Shown here piece after piece: positions 28,470-38,402 of a stretch of 64,000 bases of DNA. The position numbers and the translations under genes are program-made. The stretch is from NCBI GenBank assembly GCA_002359055.1, contig DEQC01000030.1:919-64918 (forward strand), read 5' to 3'. The notes under the pieces are model-generated. The model saw nothing but the letters and a program-made list of their open reading frames with translations, was not told where the DNA came from and ran no database searches. This stretch comes from Flavobacteriales bacterium UBA3376 (GTDB taxonomy: Bacteria > Bacteroidota > Bacteroidia > Flavobacteriales > Weeksellaceae). Each line of letters opens with the position of its first letter. The stretch's first letter is position 1.

Positions 28470-29021
28470 TTACCATTTCAACTCTACTTCAAAGCTGAAT
28501 TCACCTTGCCAAGATGGAGTTTGTGATTGATTTTGCTCAACTTTGATTTGATGAATGCCTTTGTTTTCAATGATAAAATTCTCTACCGATTGTGAAAACA
28601 GTGGTTTTGTATTACCGGCTCTATCGCTTATCTCCGAAATTATCAAATTTGATAAACTATCAATAGCTGTTACTTTTAGATTCATTCGATGTGCTGTGTC
28701 CGAATCAAACACGAAAACTATGGGTTGATTTGGCTTTTTTAAAGCTTTGATTTGAGCGTTTCCGTAAGTTATTTTTACTTGAATGGTATCTGAAATTTCA
28801 GTTGAAATGATAGGATTTTCGATGGTGATTTCTTCGGTGTCAATTGAATCGATGGGTGTTTTTTGAATGGAAGAAGAATTTTTTTCTGAAGATGATTTAG
28901 GCTTTAGTGATTCAATGTATTTTTTTTGGTCAAATTCTTGTGGTCTAACAATTGGCGTTTGAGGTTTCATTTCACAGGAAACCAAAATGATTGAAATTAC
29001 GAAGAAAATAGCCGAACGCAT
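28470..29021 (-). CDS. Hypothetical lipoprotein; start re-called to ATG 29021
   Basis: Lipobox ILVSC, low-complexity linker, beta-rich C-terminus. Confidence 0.65.
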   Translation of the reverse strand: MRSAIFFVISIILVSCEMKPQTPIVRPQEFDQKKYIESLKPKSSSEKNSSSIQKTPIDSIDTEEITIENPIISTEISDTIQVKITYGNAQIKALKKPNQPIVFVFDSDTAHRMNLKVTAIDSLSNLIISEISDRAGNTKPLFSQSVENFIIENKGIHQIKVEQNQSQTPSWQGEFSFEVELKW

Positions 29022-29068
29022 AAACAAAACTTTCGGTAAATTTACAATGAATCGTTTAATATTAAAAG

Positions 29069-29842
29069 ATGTTATATTACAAACAACAAGGAAAAGGTCC
29101 GAGCATAGTTTTTATTCATGGTTATTTGGAGAATGGAAATATGTGGGATGAATTCGCTGAGGAACTTTCAGAGGATTATCAATCGATAATTATGGATTTG
29201 CCGGGTCATGGAAAATCAAAGTCTTATTCTGACACGCATTCGATGGATTTTATGGCAGAAAAAGTCAATGAAATTTTGGATGAATTAAACATTTCTGAGG
29301 CTTTGTTCATAGGTCATTCTATGGGTGGATATGTAGCTTTGGCTATGGCTGATTTATTTCCAGAAAAGGTCAAAGGATTGATATTGTTGAATTCATCGAG
29401 TTTATCAGATACAGAAGAAAAAAAGGAAAATCGATTGAGAGCTGTTGAATTGGCCCAAAGGAATTTACCTACTTTAATCAAAATGAGTATTCCCTTGTTG
29501 TTTCAAGAATCTAAGTTGCATTTGTTGAAAACTGAGAGAGATTTTGTAAAGGAAATGGCGATGACAACCAGTGTTGAAGGAGTTCAAGCGGCGCTTAGAG
29601 GAATGAGCATTAGAAAAGACAGGACTTTTATATTGAATGAATTCGATGGCGAAATTGGAATTGTTTTGGGAAAATTTGATCGAACAATTGATCCAGAGCC
29701 ATTTAAAAAAGTTATTCCTAACCGAGAAAACATCGAAATTTTGGAATTAGAAACTGCTCATATGTCTTATTTGGAAGATGAAAAACCTACGTTAGAATTT
29801 ATCAAAGAATTTTCTTCTAAAGTTTTTAGTCAGAAGCGTTAA
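29069..29842 (+). CDS. Alpha/beta fold hydrolase
   Basis: FIHG, DLPGHG, GHSMGG, G-K-F-D, A-H-M triad residues. Confidence 0.93.
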   Translation: MLYYKQQGKGPSIVFIHGYLENGNMWDEFAEELSEDYQSIIMDLPGHGKSKSYSDTHSMDFMAEKVNEILDELNISEALFIGHSMGGYVALAMADLFPEKVKGLILLNSSSLSDTEEKKENRLRAVELAQRNLPTLIKMSIPLLFQESKLHLLKTERDFVKEMAMTTSVEGVQAALRGMSIRKDRTFILNEFDGEIGIVLGKFDRTIDPEPFKKVIPNRENIEILELETAHMSYLEDEKPTLEFIKEFSSKVFSQKR

Positions 29843-30210
29843 TTTTTGATGGACTCTCTAACTTCCAATCTTTTTTGTCTTTCTTCTTCGGGCAACATAT
29901 TTTCTAATTCATTTCGAACTTCGAGCAAAATAGCGCTAAATACTTCAGGTTTCACAACATAATATCGATAGCTATCTGTGAAGTCATCGACTTTTAGTCC
30001 TTGGTTCTGTATGATTTGAATGTCTTTTTCGGTCGGATTCCATTCGACACTTGGAATTTGGTTCATATAAGTGGGTTGTTGATGCAAATAAATTTGCACC
30101 AAAACCTCAGTCATTTTTTCTTGGCTGACAAGATTTTTGGGTTTTTCAACGATTTTGTGACAACCAACGGAGAGAATTATTATAAAAACAAGACTTATCA
30201 ACTTTTTCAT
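29839..30210 (-). CDS. DUF4296-like lipoprotein
   Basis: Lipobox SVGC, KPKNLV..EKM, F..SY.YY pattern. Confidence 0.75.
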   Translation of the reverse strand: MKKLISLVFIIILSVGCHKIVEKPKNLVSQEKMTEVLVQIYLHQQPTYMNQIPSVEWNPTEKDIQIIQNQGLKVDDFTDSYRYYVVKPEVFSAILLEVRNELENMLPEEERQKRLEVRESIKN

Positions 30211-30926
30211 AATCTTCCAAATATACTTCGAATCCTTAACATTAAAATTCCAAAAACTGCTTCACCCATGATATTGGCACTGATTTTAGATTCACCCGCT
30301 ACACGATTGGTGAAAATAATTGGCACTTCAATCAGTTTAAAATTCTTTTTCCAAGCTTTGAATTTCATTTCAATTTGGAAGCCATAACCTTTGAATTTAA
30401 TATTGTCTAAATTTAAAGTTTCTAAAACAATTCTTCTGTAACCTACAAATCCAGCTGTCGCGTCATTGATTGGTAATCTTGTAACGAAGCGCGCATATTT
30501 TGAAGCGATGAAAGAAAGTAGAACTCTTGACATGGGCCAATTGACAACATTGACTCCATGAGAATATCGAGAACCAATAGCTACATCATTACCATTTCTC
30601 AAAGCATCCAAAAGTTTGGGTAAGTCGTCAGGGTTGTGCGATAAGTCAGCGTCCATTTCAAAAATGAATTGATAATTCCTTTGCAGCGCCCATTTGAAAC
30701 CATGTGTATAAGCTTTCCCTAAGCCATCTTTTTCTTTTCTAACTTCGAGATGAAGTTGAGGTAAAGATTTCTGATGCTCTTTCACAATTTGACTGGTACC
30801 ATCAGGGGAGCTATCATCAACCACCAAAATGTCAAAAGGAGTTTTTAAATCAACGACTCTTTTTATGATATTTTCAATGTTTTCTTTTTCGTTATATGTT
30901 GGAATGATCACTAAGTTTTTTTCCAT
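30207..30926 (-). CDS. Polyprenol monophosphomannose synthase (GT2, DPM1-like)
   Basis: IIPTYNE, VDDSSPDGT, EMDADLSH, GSRY, GYGFQIEM. Confidence 0.93.
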   Translation of the reverse strand: MEKNLVIIPTYNEKENIENIIKRVVDLKTPFDILVVDDSSPDGTSQIVKEHQKSLPQLHLEVRKEKDGLGKAYTHGFKWALQRNYQFIFEMDADLSHNPDDLPKLLDALRNGNDVAIGSRYSHGVNVVNWPMSRVLLSFIASKYARFVTRLPINDATAGFVGYRRIVLETLNLDNIKFKGYGFQIEMKFKAWKKNFKLIEVPIIFTNRVAGESKISANIMGEAVFGILMLRIRSIFGRL

Positions 30927-30990
30927 TCGTCAAAATATGTAGCAAATATAATTCATATCTATATATGGCTTTTGTATTTTTGTAAGAATT

Positions 30991-31647
30991 ATGAAAAACT
31001 TAGCATCCATCATATTTTTGGAGAGGCCGGTCGAGGATTTGGACTGGGTGGTCTATATATTGGTTTTGACCATGGTGATAGTGGCGATTGGTCGGGTATT
31101 GTTCAACAATAACTTCGAATCATTGAGGAGATTCGATCGATTTTTAGAGGTAAATGACAATCAAGCTTTGTTTGGATTGTTGTTTCAAATTGTATTTGCA
31201 ATTTTATTCAGTAGTATTATCGTCACTTTTTTTTCAGGCAAATATGATTATTTGTTGCACACTCCTTATCTGAAGGTGGGTGTTTTGAGTATTTTGATTT
31301 TGGTTTTCTTTGGTGTGCGTACATTGTTGAATCGTGTTGCGAGTTTTGCTTTTGGGATTACTTATGACAGGATTTACAACACAAAAACCTTTAATTATTT
31401 CCGAGTTTATTTGGTAGTTGCATTATGGATAGCAATTTTATTGTTCTATTTCACACCGATTAACCGATTTATTTTGTTAGGAATCTTGTTGATTTTCATG
31501 ATAATAATCAGAGTTGTTTCATATATGCGTGTGATGAAAAACCAACAAGATAAGAAAAGTAAAATTTGGTATTATAATATTTTATATCTTTGCGCACTAG
31601 AAATATTGCCTATGTTGGTATTGTTTAAACTGCTAAGTGTTTGGTAA
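30991..31647 (+). CDS. DUF4271-like integral membrane protein
   Basis: Multiple TM helices, C-terminal ILYLCALEILP; upstream of hemD. Confidence 0.8.
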   Translation: MKNLASIIFLERPVEDLDWVVYILVLTMVIVAIGRVLFNNNFESLRRFDRFLEVNDNQALFGLLFQIVFAILFSSIIVTFFSGKYDYLLHTPYLKVGVLSILILVFFGVRTLLNRVASFAFGITYDRIYNTKTFNYFRVYLVVALWIAILLFYFTPINRFILLGILLIFMIIIRVVSYMRVMKNQQDKKSKIWYYNILYLCALEILPMLVLFKLLSVW

Positions 31648-31657
31648 TCAAAATAAA

Positions 31658-32401
31658 ATGAAAGTAAAATCTATACTGGTTTCACAGCCTCAACCAAAAG
31701 AGTCTTCCCCATATCATGAGTTGGGAAAAAGAAATAATATAAAAATTGATTTTCGTCAGTTTATTCATGTTGAGGGAGTAAGTGCAAAAGACGTAAGACA
31801 GCAAAAGATAGATTTTTCGAACTATACTGCTGTTATTTTTACGAGTAGGAATGTAGTTGATCATTATTTCCGATTAGCGGAAGAGATGCGATTTACGGTT
31901 CCTGACGATATGAAGTATTTTTGTCAATCTGAGGCAATTGCTCACTATTTACAGAAATATATCGTTTATAGAAAACGTAGAATTTATGTAGGAGAAAAAG
32001 GAATTCAAGATTTAACTCCTCACTTTAAGAAATACAAAAACGAAAAGTATCTTTTACCATCTTCTGATGTGTTGAATCCATCGGTACCTATGTTGTTGAA
32101 CGAATTAGGTTTGAAGTGGGACAGAGCTATTTTATGTCGAACTATGTCGAGTGATTTGTCGGATTTAGAAGATGTAAAATACGATATTTTAGTTTTCTTT
32201 ACGCCTTCAGGAATTAAATCTTTATTTGAAAACTTTCCTCAATTCAAACAAGACAAAACGAGAATTGCAGTTTTCGGAAAGACTACTGTAGCTGCAGCAG
32301 AAGAAATGGGATTGAGAATTGATATTCAAGTTCCGACTCCTGAAACTCCATCCATGACAATGGCTTTGGAGAAATATGTGCAGGAAGTTAATAAGAAGTA
32401 A
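31658..32401 (+). CDS. hemD: Uroporphyrinogen-III synthase; start re-called to ATG 31658
   Basis: MKVKSILVSQP, IDFRQFIHVEG, IFTSRN, VFFTPSGI. Confidence 0.88.
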   Translation: MKVKSILVSQPQPKESSPYHELGKRNNIKIDFRQFIHVEGVSAKDVRQQKIDFSNYTAVIFTSRNVVDHYFRLAEEMRFTVPDDMKYFCQSEAIAHYLQKYIVYRKRRIYVGEKGIQDLTPHFKKYKNEKYLLPSSDVLNPSVPMLLNELGLKWDRAILCRTMSSDLSDLEDVKYDILVFFTPSGIKSLFENFPQFKQDKTRIAVFGKTTVAAAEEMGLRIDIQVPTPETPSMTMALEKYVQEVNKK

Positions 32402-32435
32402 TCGTCCTTAATTAAGGATAGTTATTGTTTGGCTT

Positions 32436-34142
32436 ATGAGAAACCTATGGGTAATCAAGCCCAAACCTAAAGATGAAATCGTTAGCTTACTCGAAGATGA
32501 AGTAAGGCTACCCAAAGCTTTGGCTACAATTTTAGCCCAGAGAGGGATAGTTAATTTCGATTTGGCCAAAGAGTTCTTCAGGCCAGACCTTTCCAAACTC
32601 TATGACCCATTTTTGATGGTAGATATGCAATTGGCGGTAGATAGAGTTTTGGAGGCGATTCGAAAAGAAGAAAAAATCTTGATTTATGGCGATTATGATG
32701 TCGATGGAACCACGGCAGTTGCCATGATGTACGACTTTTTAAAGTCGATTTACCCCAATGTGACTTATTATATTCCTGATCGTTATACCGAAGGTTATGG
32801 AATTTCAATTCAAGGAATTGATTATGCAAATGATAACGACATCTCCTTGATCATTGCTCTGGACTGTGGAATCAAAGCGGTGGAGAAAGTTGAATATGCT
32901 TCTGAAAAAAACATAGATTTTATCATTTGTGACCATCATTTACCAGGCAAAAAATTACCAAAAGCAGTTGCAGTTTTAGACCCAAAACGACCTGATTGTC
33001 AATATCCATTCAAGGAATTAACCGGTTGTGGTGTTGGATTTAAATTGATTCAAGCATTGGCAAAGGAATTGAAAATCGATGAAGAAAATTTACACCAATA
33101 TTTAGATCTTCTGGTCGTAAGTATTGCTGCCGATATAGTTCCGATAGTCGATGAAAATAGGATCGTTTCCTATTATGGACTGAAAAAATTAAAAGAATCA
33201 CCGAGTTTAGGCTTGAAAACTTTGTTAGGTGAACAGAGTAGAGACAATCTGACAATTTCCTATATAGTTTTTCAAATCGCTCCAAAAATCAATGCGAGTG
33301 GACGATTAGAACACGCTTCACAATCCGTAGAATTGCTCATTTCAAAAGATGAGGAGGAAGTAAAGAAATTCGCAAATGATATCGATATCATCAATCATAC
33401 GCGTAAGAAAACCGACGGAAATGTTACCGAAGAAGCGATTCAATTGATCATCGACCAAAAAGAAGAAGACAATTATTCGACCGTAATTTACGATGCCAAT
33501 TGGCACAAAGGTGTTTTAGGAATTGTAGCTTCGCGTCTCATCGATACTTATTATCGACCGACCTTGGTTTTAACTGATGGAAATGAAGGTGAGATCACAG
33601 GTTCCGCGCGATCGATCAAGGATTTTGATATTTATGAAGTGATTGATCAATGTTCAGATTTATTGTTGAGGTATGGCGGACATCAATTTGCTGCTGGTTT
33701 AACGATGAAAAAAGAAAATTTGGCTGCATTTAAAGAAAGATTTGAAAACTTGGTAAAAGAAAAAATCAGACCTTCTCAGCGTAAACCTTCGATTGAAATC
33801 GATACGGAATTAAAGTTTACTGAAATCGATGCAAGGTTTTTGAGAATTCTCAAACAACTCATGCCTTTTGGACCTGAGAATTCGACTCCTCTGTTTTTAA
33901 CCAAAAATTTAAAAGCAGGAAATATCAGAACTATGGGGAAAGAGAACGAACATTTGAGAATGGCTTTGATGGATGAAAATGGCGTTCAATTCAATGCTAT
34001 AGGTTTTGGTTTGGGAGAAACTTTAGAAGATATAAAATACAGCAAAAGTATAGATGTGATTTATTCTATCGATGAAAATCATTGGAACAATAAAGTTTAT
34101 TTGCAATTGAATATCAGGGATTTAAGATTGAATTCGTTTTAA
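32436..34142 (+). CDS. recJ: Single-stranded-DNA-specific exonuclease RecJ
   Basis: YGDYDVDG, DCG, DHH, GSARS, GGHQFAAG. Confidence 0.98.
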   Translation: MRNLWVIKPKPKDEIVSLLEDEVRLPKALATILAQRGIVNFDLAKEFFRPDLSKLYDPFLMVDMQLAVDRVLEAIRKEEKILIYGDYDVDGTTAVAMMYDFLKSIYPNVTYYIPDRYTEGYGISIQGIDYANDNDISLIIALDCGIKAVEKVEYASEKNIDFIICDHHLPGKKLPKAVAVLDPKRPDCQYPFKELTGCGVGFKLIQALAKELKIDEENLHQYLDLLVVSIAADIVPIVDENRIVSYYGLKKLKESPSLGLKTLLGEQSRDNLTISYIVFQIAPKINASGRLEHASQSVELLISKDEEEVKKFANDIDIINHTRKKTDGNVTEEAIQLIIDQKEEDNYSTVIYDANWHKGVLGIVASRLIDTYYRPTLVLTDGNEGEITGSARSIKDFDIYEVIDQCSDLLLRYGGHQFAAGLTMKKENLAAFKERFENLVKEKIRPSQRKPSIEIDTELKFTEIDARFLRILKQLMPFGPENSTPLFLTKNLKAGNIRTMGKENEHLRMALMDENGVQFNAIGFGLGETLEDIKYSKSIDVIYSIDENHWNNKVYLQLNIRDLRLNSF

Positions 34143-34144
34143 AA

Positions 34145-34486
34145 TCAATCCTCTTCAGAATCGAAACTTTCTTTAATTTTAATCAATTCCGAACGAATGA
34201 ATTCCATTCTTGCAATCAACTCAACTTCATCTTTTATACTGGATTTTTCTTCCAGAGCAATTTTTGCACCTTCAAGTGTGTATCCTCTTTCTTTCACTAA
34301 ATGATAGATGATTTTAAGGTTTTTAATATCTTCAGGAGTAAATAAACGATTGCCTTTCTTGTTCTTTTTAGGTTTTAGAATATCAAATTCACTTTCCCAA
34401 AAACGAATCAAGGAAGCATTGACATTAAAAGCTTTAGCAACTTCTCCTATGCTATAATATAATTTATCTGGTAATTCAAATTGCAT
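34145..34486 (-). CDS. MerR-family HTH protein; ATG overlaps the upstream TGA
   Basis: YYSIGEVA, LIRFWE, GNRLF, GYTLEGAK. Confidence 0.9.
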   Translation of the reverse strand: MQFELPDKLYYSIGEVAKAFNVNASLIRFWESEFDILKPKKNKKGNRLFTPEDIKNLKIIYHLVKERGYTLEGAKIALEEKSSIKDEVELIARMEFIRSELIKIKESFDSEED

Positions 34487-35454
34487 CAATCCAAAGATAC
34501 AGACATTTGTTGAGATTTTTCAAGTAAAATTTTAAACTCGTCAGGACTTACATCTTGGTAGAAATAAGAAACTGGGTCGATTGGCTTACCATCTTTGTGG
34601 ATTTCGTAGTGTAAATGCGGTCCTGTAGAAAGTCCAGAATTACCAACATATCCAATCACATCACCTCTTTTTACTCTTTGTCCTCTTTTTACTTTGATTC
34701 GGCTCATATGGGCATAAAGCGTTTCATATCCATAGCCATGATTGATGATCACTGTGTTTCCATAGCCGCCATGTCTTCCTGACAATTTCACTCTACCATC
34801 GCCGGTGGCATAAATTGGTGTACCAACATTGGCAGAAAAGTCAGTTCCTTTATGAAGTTTAGGAACTTTCAAAACCGGATGCATTCTCATTCCATAACCA
34901 GAAGCCAATCTTTTTAGATCTTTATTCGCTACCGGTTGAATCGCTGGTAAATGAGCCAACATTTTATCTTTTTCTTTTGCACTAATGATGATTTCGTCCA
35001 AAGATTTTGATTGAATCACCAATTGTTTGTTCAAAATATCTATGCTTTTTGTAACCTCAGTTACCAAATCGGCATGCGTCCAATCGGAGAATTTTGCATA
35101 TCGATTGACTCCACCAAATCCGGCTTTTCTGATGTCTTCAGAAATTGGCTCTAATTCAAAATAAGAACGATATATATTATTGTCTCTTTCTTCCACTTGA
35201 GCAAGAACATTTTGAGACTGTTTTACTTTTTTATTTAACAATTGATACTGAATTTTCATTTCTTGTAGCTCAGCCGCCAGAGAATTTTCTTCAGGCTTGT
35301 TCATTTTTTGGCTAAAAGTGAATCCTGAAATCACTCCAAAAAATGCGGTTACTATCAAAAAAGCAGCAATGTTTCTAATTCTTCTTAATCGTTTTTGTCT
35401 AATAGGTTTAAAGGTGGTGGTGTCCGTATTGTATTTGTATTTTTTTATACCCAT
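34486..35454 (-). CDS. M23 family metallopeptidase
   Basis: TM helix plus coiled coil; HKGTD, YAHM, STGPHLHYE. Confidence 0.95.
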   Translation of the reverse strand: MGIKKYKYNTDTTTFKPIRQKRLRRIRNIAAFLIVTAFFGVISGFTFSQKMNKPEENSLAAELQEMKIQYQLLNKKVKQSQNVLAQVEERDNNIYRSYFELEPISEDIRKAGFGGVNRYAKFSDWTHADLVTEVTKSIDILNKQLVIQSKSLDEIIISAKEKDKMLAHLPAIQPVANKDLKRLASGYGMRMHPVLKVPKLHKGTDFSANVGTPIYATGDGRVKLSGRHGGYGNTVIINHGYGYETLYAHMSRIKVKRGQRVKRGDVIGYVGNSGLSTGPHLHYEIHKDGKPIDPVSYFYQDVSPDEFKILLEKSQQMSVSLD

Positions 35455-35551
35455 TGGTAAAACTCTTATTATTATCTTTGTAAGCTGAACAAATTAACGG
35501 TATTTATTAACATCTTAATGTTAATGAAAATATAAATTATACTTAATTGAA

Positions 35552-38161
35552 ATGAACTCCAAAGAAATACGCAAAAGCTTTCTTGATTTTTTCGAGTCGA
35601 AAGAACATTTAATCGTGCCTTCTGCACCTATAGTTTTGAAAGATGACCCAACATTGATGTTCAACAATTCGGGCATGGCCCAATTTAAGGATTTCTTTTT
35701 GGGATATAAAAAACCTACCTCTCCAAGAATAGCCGATACTCAAAAATGTCTTAGGGTTTCTGGAAAACACAACGATTTAGATGATGTAGGTAAAGATACC
35801 TATCATCACACCATGTTTGAAATGCTTGGCAACTGGTCTTTTGGTGATTACTTCAAAGAAGAAGCCATCGCTTGGGCATGGGAATTATTGACCGAAGTTT
35901 ATAAAATTCCTAAAGATTGGTTATACGTTACTGTTTTTGAAGGCGACGAAAAAGACGGTACTTCACAAGATAAGGAAGCCTTAGAAATTTGGAAAAAATA
36001 CATTTCAGAAGATAGAATTTTGTTTGGAAACAAAGATGATAACTTCTGGGAAATGGGCGAAACTGGTCCTTGTGGTCCTTGTTCTGAAATTCATGTCGAT
36101 ATTCGTTCAGAGGAAGAAAAATCGAAAGTCGACGGGAAAACTTTGGTCAACTTAGATCACCCGCAAGTGATAGAAGTTTGGAACTTGGTGTTTATGCAAT
36201 TCCTTAGAAAAGCAGATGGTTCTCTGACTGAACTACCTGCAAAAAGTATAGATACAGGTATGGGGTTTGAGCGTTTGGCAATGGTTTTACAAGGAAAAAC
36301 CTCAAATTACGATACCGATATTTTTATGCCATTGATTCAAGATTTAGAAAAAATCAGTGGAAAGAAATATGGAGAGGATGAAGCAATGGATGTTGCTATT
36401 CGAGTAATTGTTGATCATCTAAGAGCGGTTTCTTTTGTAATTGCCGATGGACAATTGCCTTCTAACTCTGGAGCTGGATATGTGATCCGAAGAATCCTTA
36501 GAAGAGCCATTAGTTATGGATACAGATTTTTGGAGTTAAATGAGGCTTTCATCTATAAATTATTGCCAACTTTGGTCGATCAGATGGGAGACTTTTTCCC
36601 AGAATTAACCAAACAAGCAAAACTGGTTTCTGATGTTATCAAAGAAGAAGAAAGCAATTTCTTAAAAACAATCGAACATGGATTGGTTCGTTTGGATAAT
36701 TTCATCAAACAGAATCCAGAAATGAAAACCATTCCTGGAAATGTCGTATTTGAATTGTACGACACTTACGGATTCCCAGCGGATTTATCGAGAATTATAG
36801 CCGAAGAAAAAGGACTTAATATTGATGAAGAAGGATTCGATGCAGAAATGGAAAAACAAAAACAACGTTCCAAATCTGCAACTTCTTTTACCGCTTATGA
36901 TTGGAATGAGCTGATCGAAGACGATGTTGAGGAATTTGTGGGTTATGATCAATTAGAAGCTGAAGTTAGAATCACTCGTTGGAGAAAAGTAGAAAATCAA
37001 TCCGGTGAATTTTATCAATTGGTTTTCCAAGCAACTCCATTTTATGCAGAAAGTGGAGGACAAGTGGGCGATACTGGATATTTAGAAAATCAATACGATA
37101 AAGTTGAAATTATAAATACCAAAAAAGAAAATAATTTAATCGTTCATTTCACCAAAGAATTACCCAAATACATCGAACTTCCTTATCGTGCAGTAGTCGA
37201 TAAAGAAAGGAGAAAACGCATCATGCAAAACCATACTTCAACTCACTTGTTGCATCAAGCTTTGAGAGAAGTTTTGGGAACACATGTGGAGCAAAAAGGT
37301 TCTTATGTAGGTCCTGATTATTTGAGATTTGATTTTTCGCATTTCAACAAATTAACTGAAGAAGAATTGAGAGAAGTGAATCGAAAAGTCAATGAAAGAA
37401 TTCAGGCGGCAATTCCTTTGGAAGAAAAACGTTCGGTTCCATTTAAAAGAGCGATCAAAGACGGAGCAATTGCTTTGTTTGGAGAGAAATATGGCGATGT
37501 TGTTCGAGTGATTAAATTTGGTGATTCCATTGAACTTTGTGGAGGAACTCATGTCGAAAATACTTCGGATATAGTGATGTTCAAATTGCAAAGCGAAAGT
37601 TCAAGTGCAGCGGGAATTCGTAGAATCGAAGCGACCAGTGGTACTGTAGCTATAGACGAATTGAAAGAAACTTATCATCTCTTCCTTCAAATGACTAAAG
37701 AATTGAAAAATCCAAAAGATCCTTTGGATGCTTTGAAGAAAGTTTTGGATGAAAATAAAGAGTTGAACAATCAATTGGAACAATTCAAATTGCAACAAGC
37801 CAAATCCGAAAAAGAAAATTGGAAAAATTCCTTCCAAACTATCAATGGAATTAACTTCTTAGCAGTTAAAACCAGTTTAGATGCTCAATCCATTCGACAA
37901 ATCGCATTTCCTTTGAGAAAAGAATTGGACAATGTGTTTTTGGTGGTTGCCTCAGATGCCGATGCTAAACCGACAATTACTGTTTCAATCTCCGATGAAT
38001 TGGTCGAGAATAAAGGATTGAACGCAGGAAATATCGTCAGAGAATTAGCCAAAGAAATCCAAGGGGGTGGTGGAGGTCAAGCCTTTTTTGCTACTGCCGG
38101 AGGAAAGGATATTTCAGGTTTGGATAAAGCTTTGTCCAAAGCAAAAACTTTTGTGGAATAA
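35552..38161 (+). CDS. alaS: Alanine--tRNA ligase
   Basis: [26 protein letters not shown], editing HTSTH and ELCGGTH, C-Ala GGGGG. Confidence 0.99.
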   Translation: MNSKEIRKSFLDFFESKEHLIVPSAPIVLKDDPTLMFNNSGMAQFKDFFLGYKKPTSPRIADTQKCLRVSGKHNDLDDVGKDTYHHTMFEMLGNWSFGDYFKEEAIAWAWELLTEVYKIPKDWLYVTVFEGDEKDGTSQDKEALEIWKKYISEDRILFGNKDDNFWEMGETGPCGPCSEIHVDIRSEEEKSKVDGKTLVNLDHPQVIEVWNLVFMQFLRKADGSLTELPAKSIDTGMGFERLAMVLQGKTSNYDTDIFMPLIQDLEKISGKKYGEDEAMDVAIRVIVDHLRAVSFVIADGQLPSNSGAGYVIRRILRRAISYGYRFLELNEAFIYKLLPTLVDQMGDFFPELTKQAKLVSDVIKEEESNFLKTIEHGLVRLDNFIKQNPEMKTIPGNVVFELYDTYGFPADLSRIIAEEKGLNIDEEGFDAEMEKQKQRSKSATSFTAYDWNELIEDDVEEFVGYDQLEAEVRITRWRKVENQSGEFYQLVFQATPFYAESGGQVGDTGYLENQYDKVEIINTKKENNLIVHFTKELPKYIELPYRAVVDKERRKRIMQNHTSTHLLHQALREVLGTHVEQKGSYVGPDYLRFDFSHFNKLTEEELREVNRKVNERIQAAIPLEEKRSVPFKRAIKDGAIALFGEKYGDVVRVIKFGDSIELCGGTHVENTSDIVMFKLQSESSSAAGIRRIEATSGTVAIDELKETYHLFLQMTKELKNPKDPLDALKKVLDENKELNNQLEQFKLQQAKSEKENWKNSFQTINGINFLAVKTSLDAQSIRQIAFPLRKELDNVFLVVASDADAKPTITVSISDELVENKGLNAGNIVRELAKEIQGGGGGQAFFATAGGKDISGLDKALSKAKTFVE

Positions 38162-38181
38162 ACAAATCATAGAATAAATCT

Positions 38182-38218
38182 AAAGCTCTTCTCAAATTTT
38201 GGGAAGAGCTTTTTTTTT
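38182..38218 (+). terminator. Intrinsic terminator after alaS
   Basis: AAAGCTCTTCTC / GGGAAGAGCTTT stem followed by a T run. Confidence 0.9.
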
Positions 38219-38402
38219 ATAAATTTTTAAAGGTTTTATTGAGAAAACTCAAGTTTTAGTTAATGTTTTTGAGTTTTTTGTTAAAAAATTATGATTTTTG
38301 ACTCGATTTTTTATATTAAAGGGCATTTTATTCTCATTTGATTTCAAAGTTTTCGATTGAAAATGAGCAATTAGGGTGCGAATAATATAAAAAAATAAGA
38401 AT

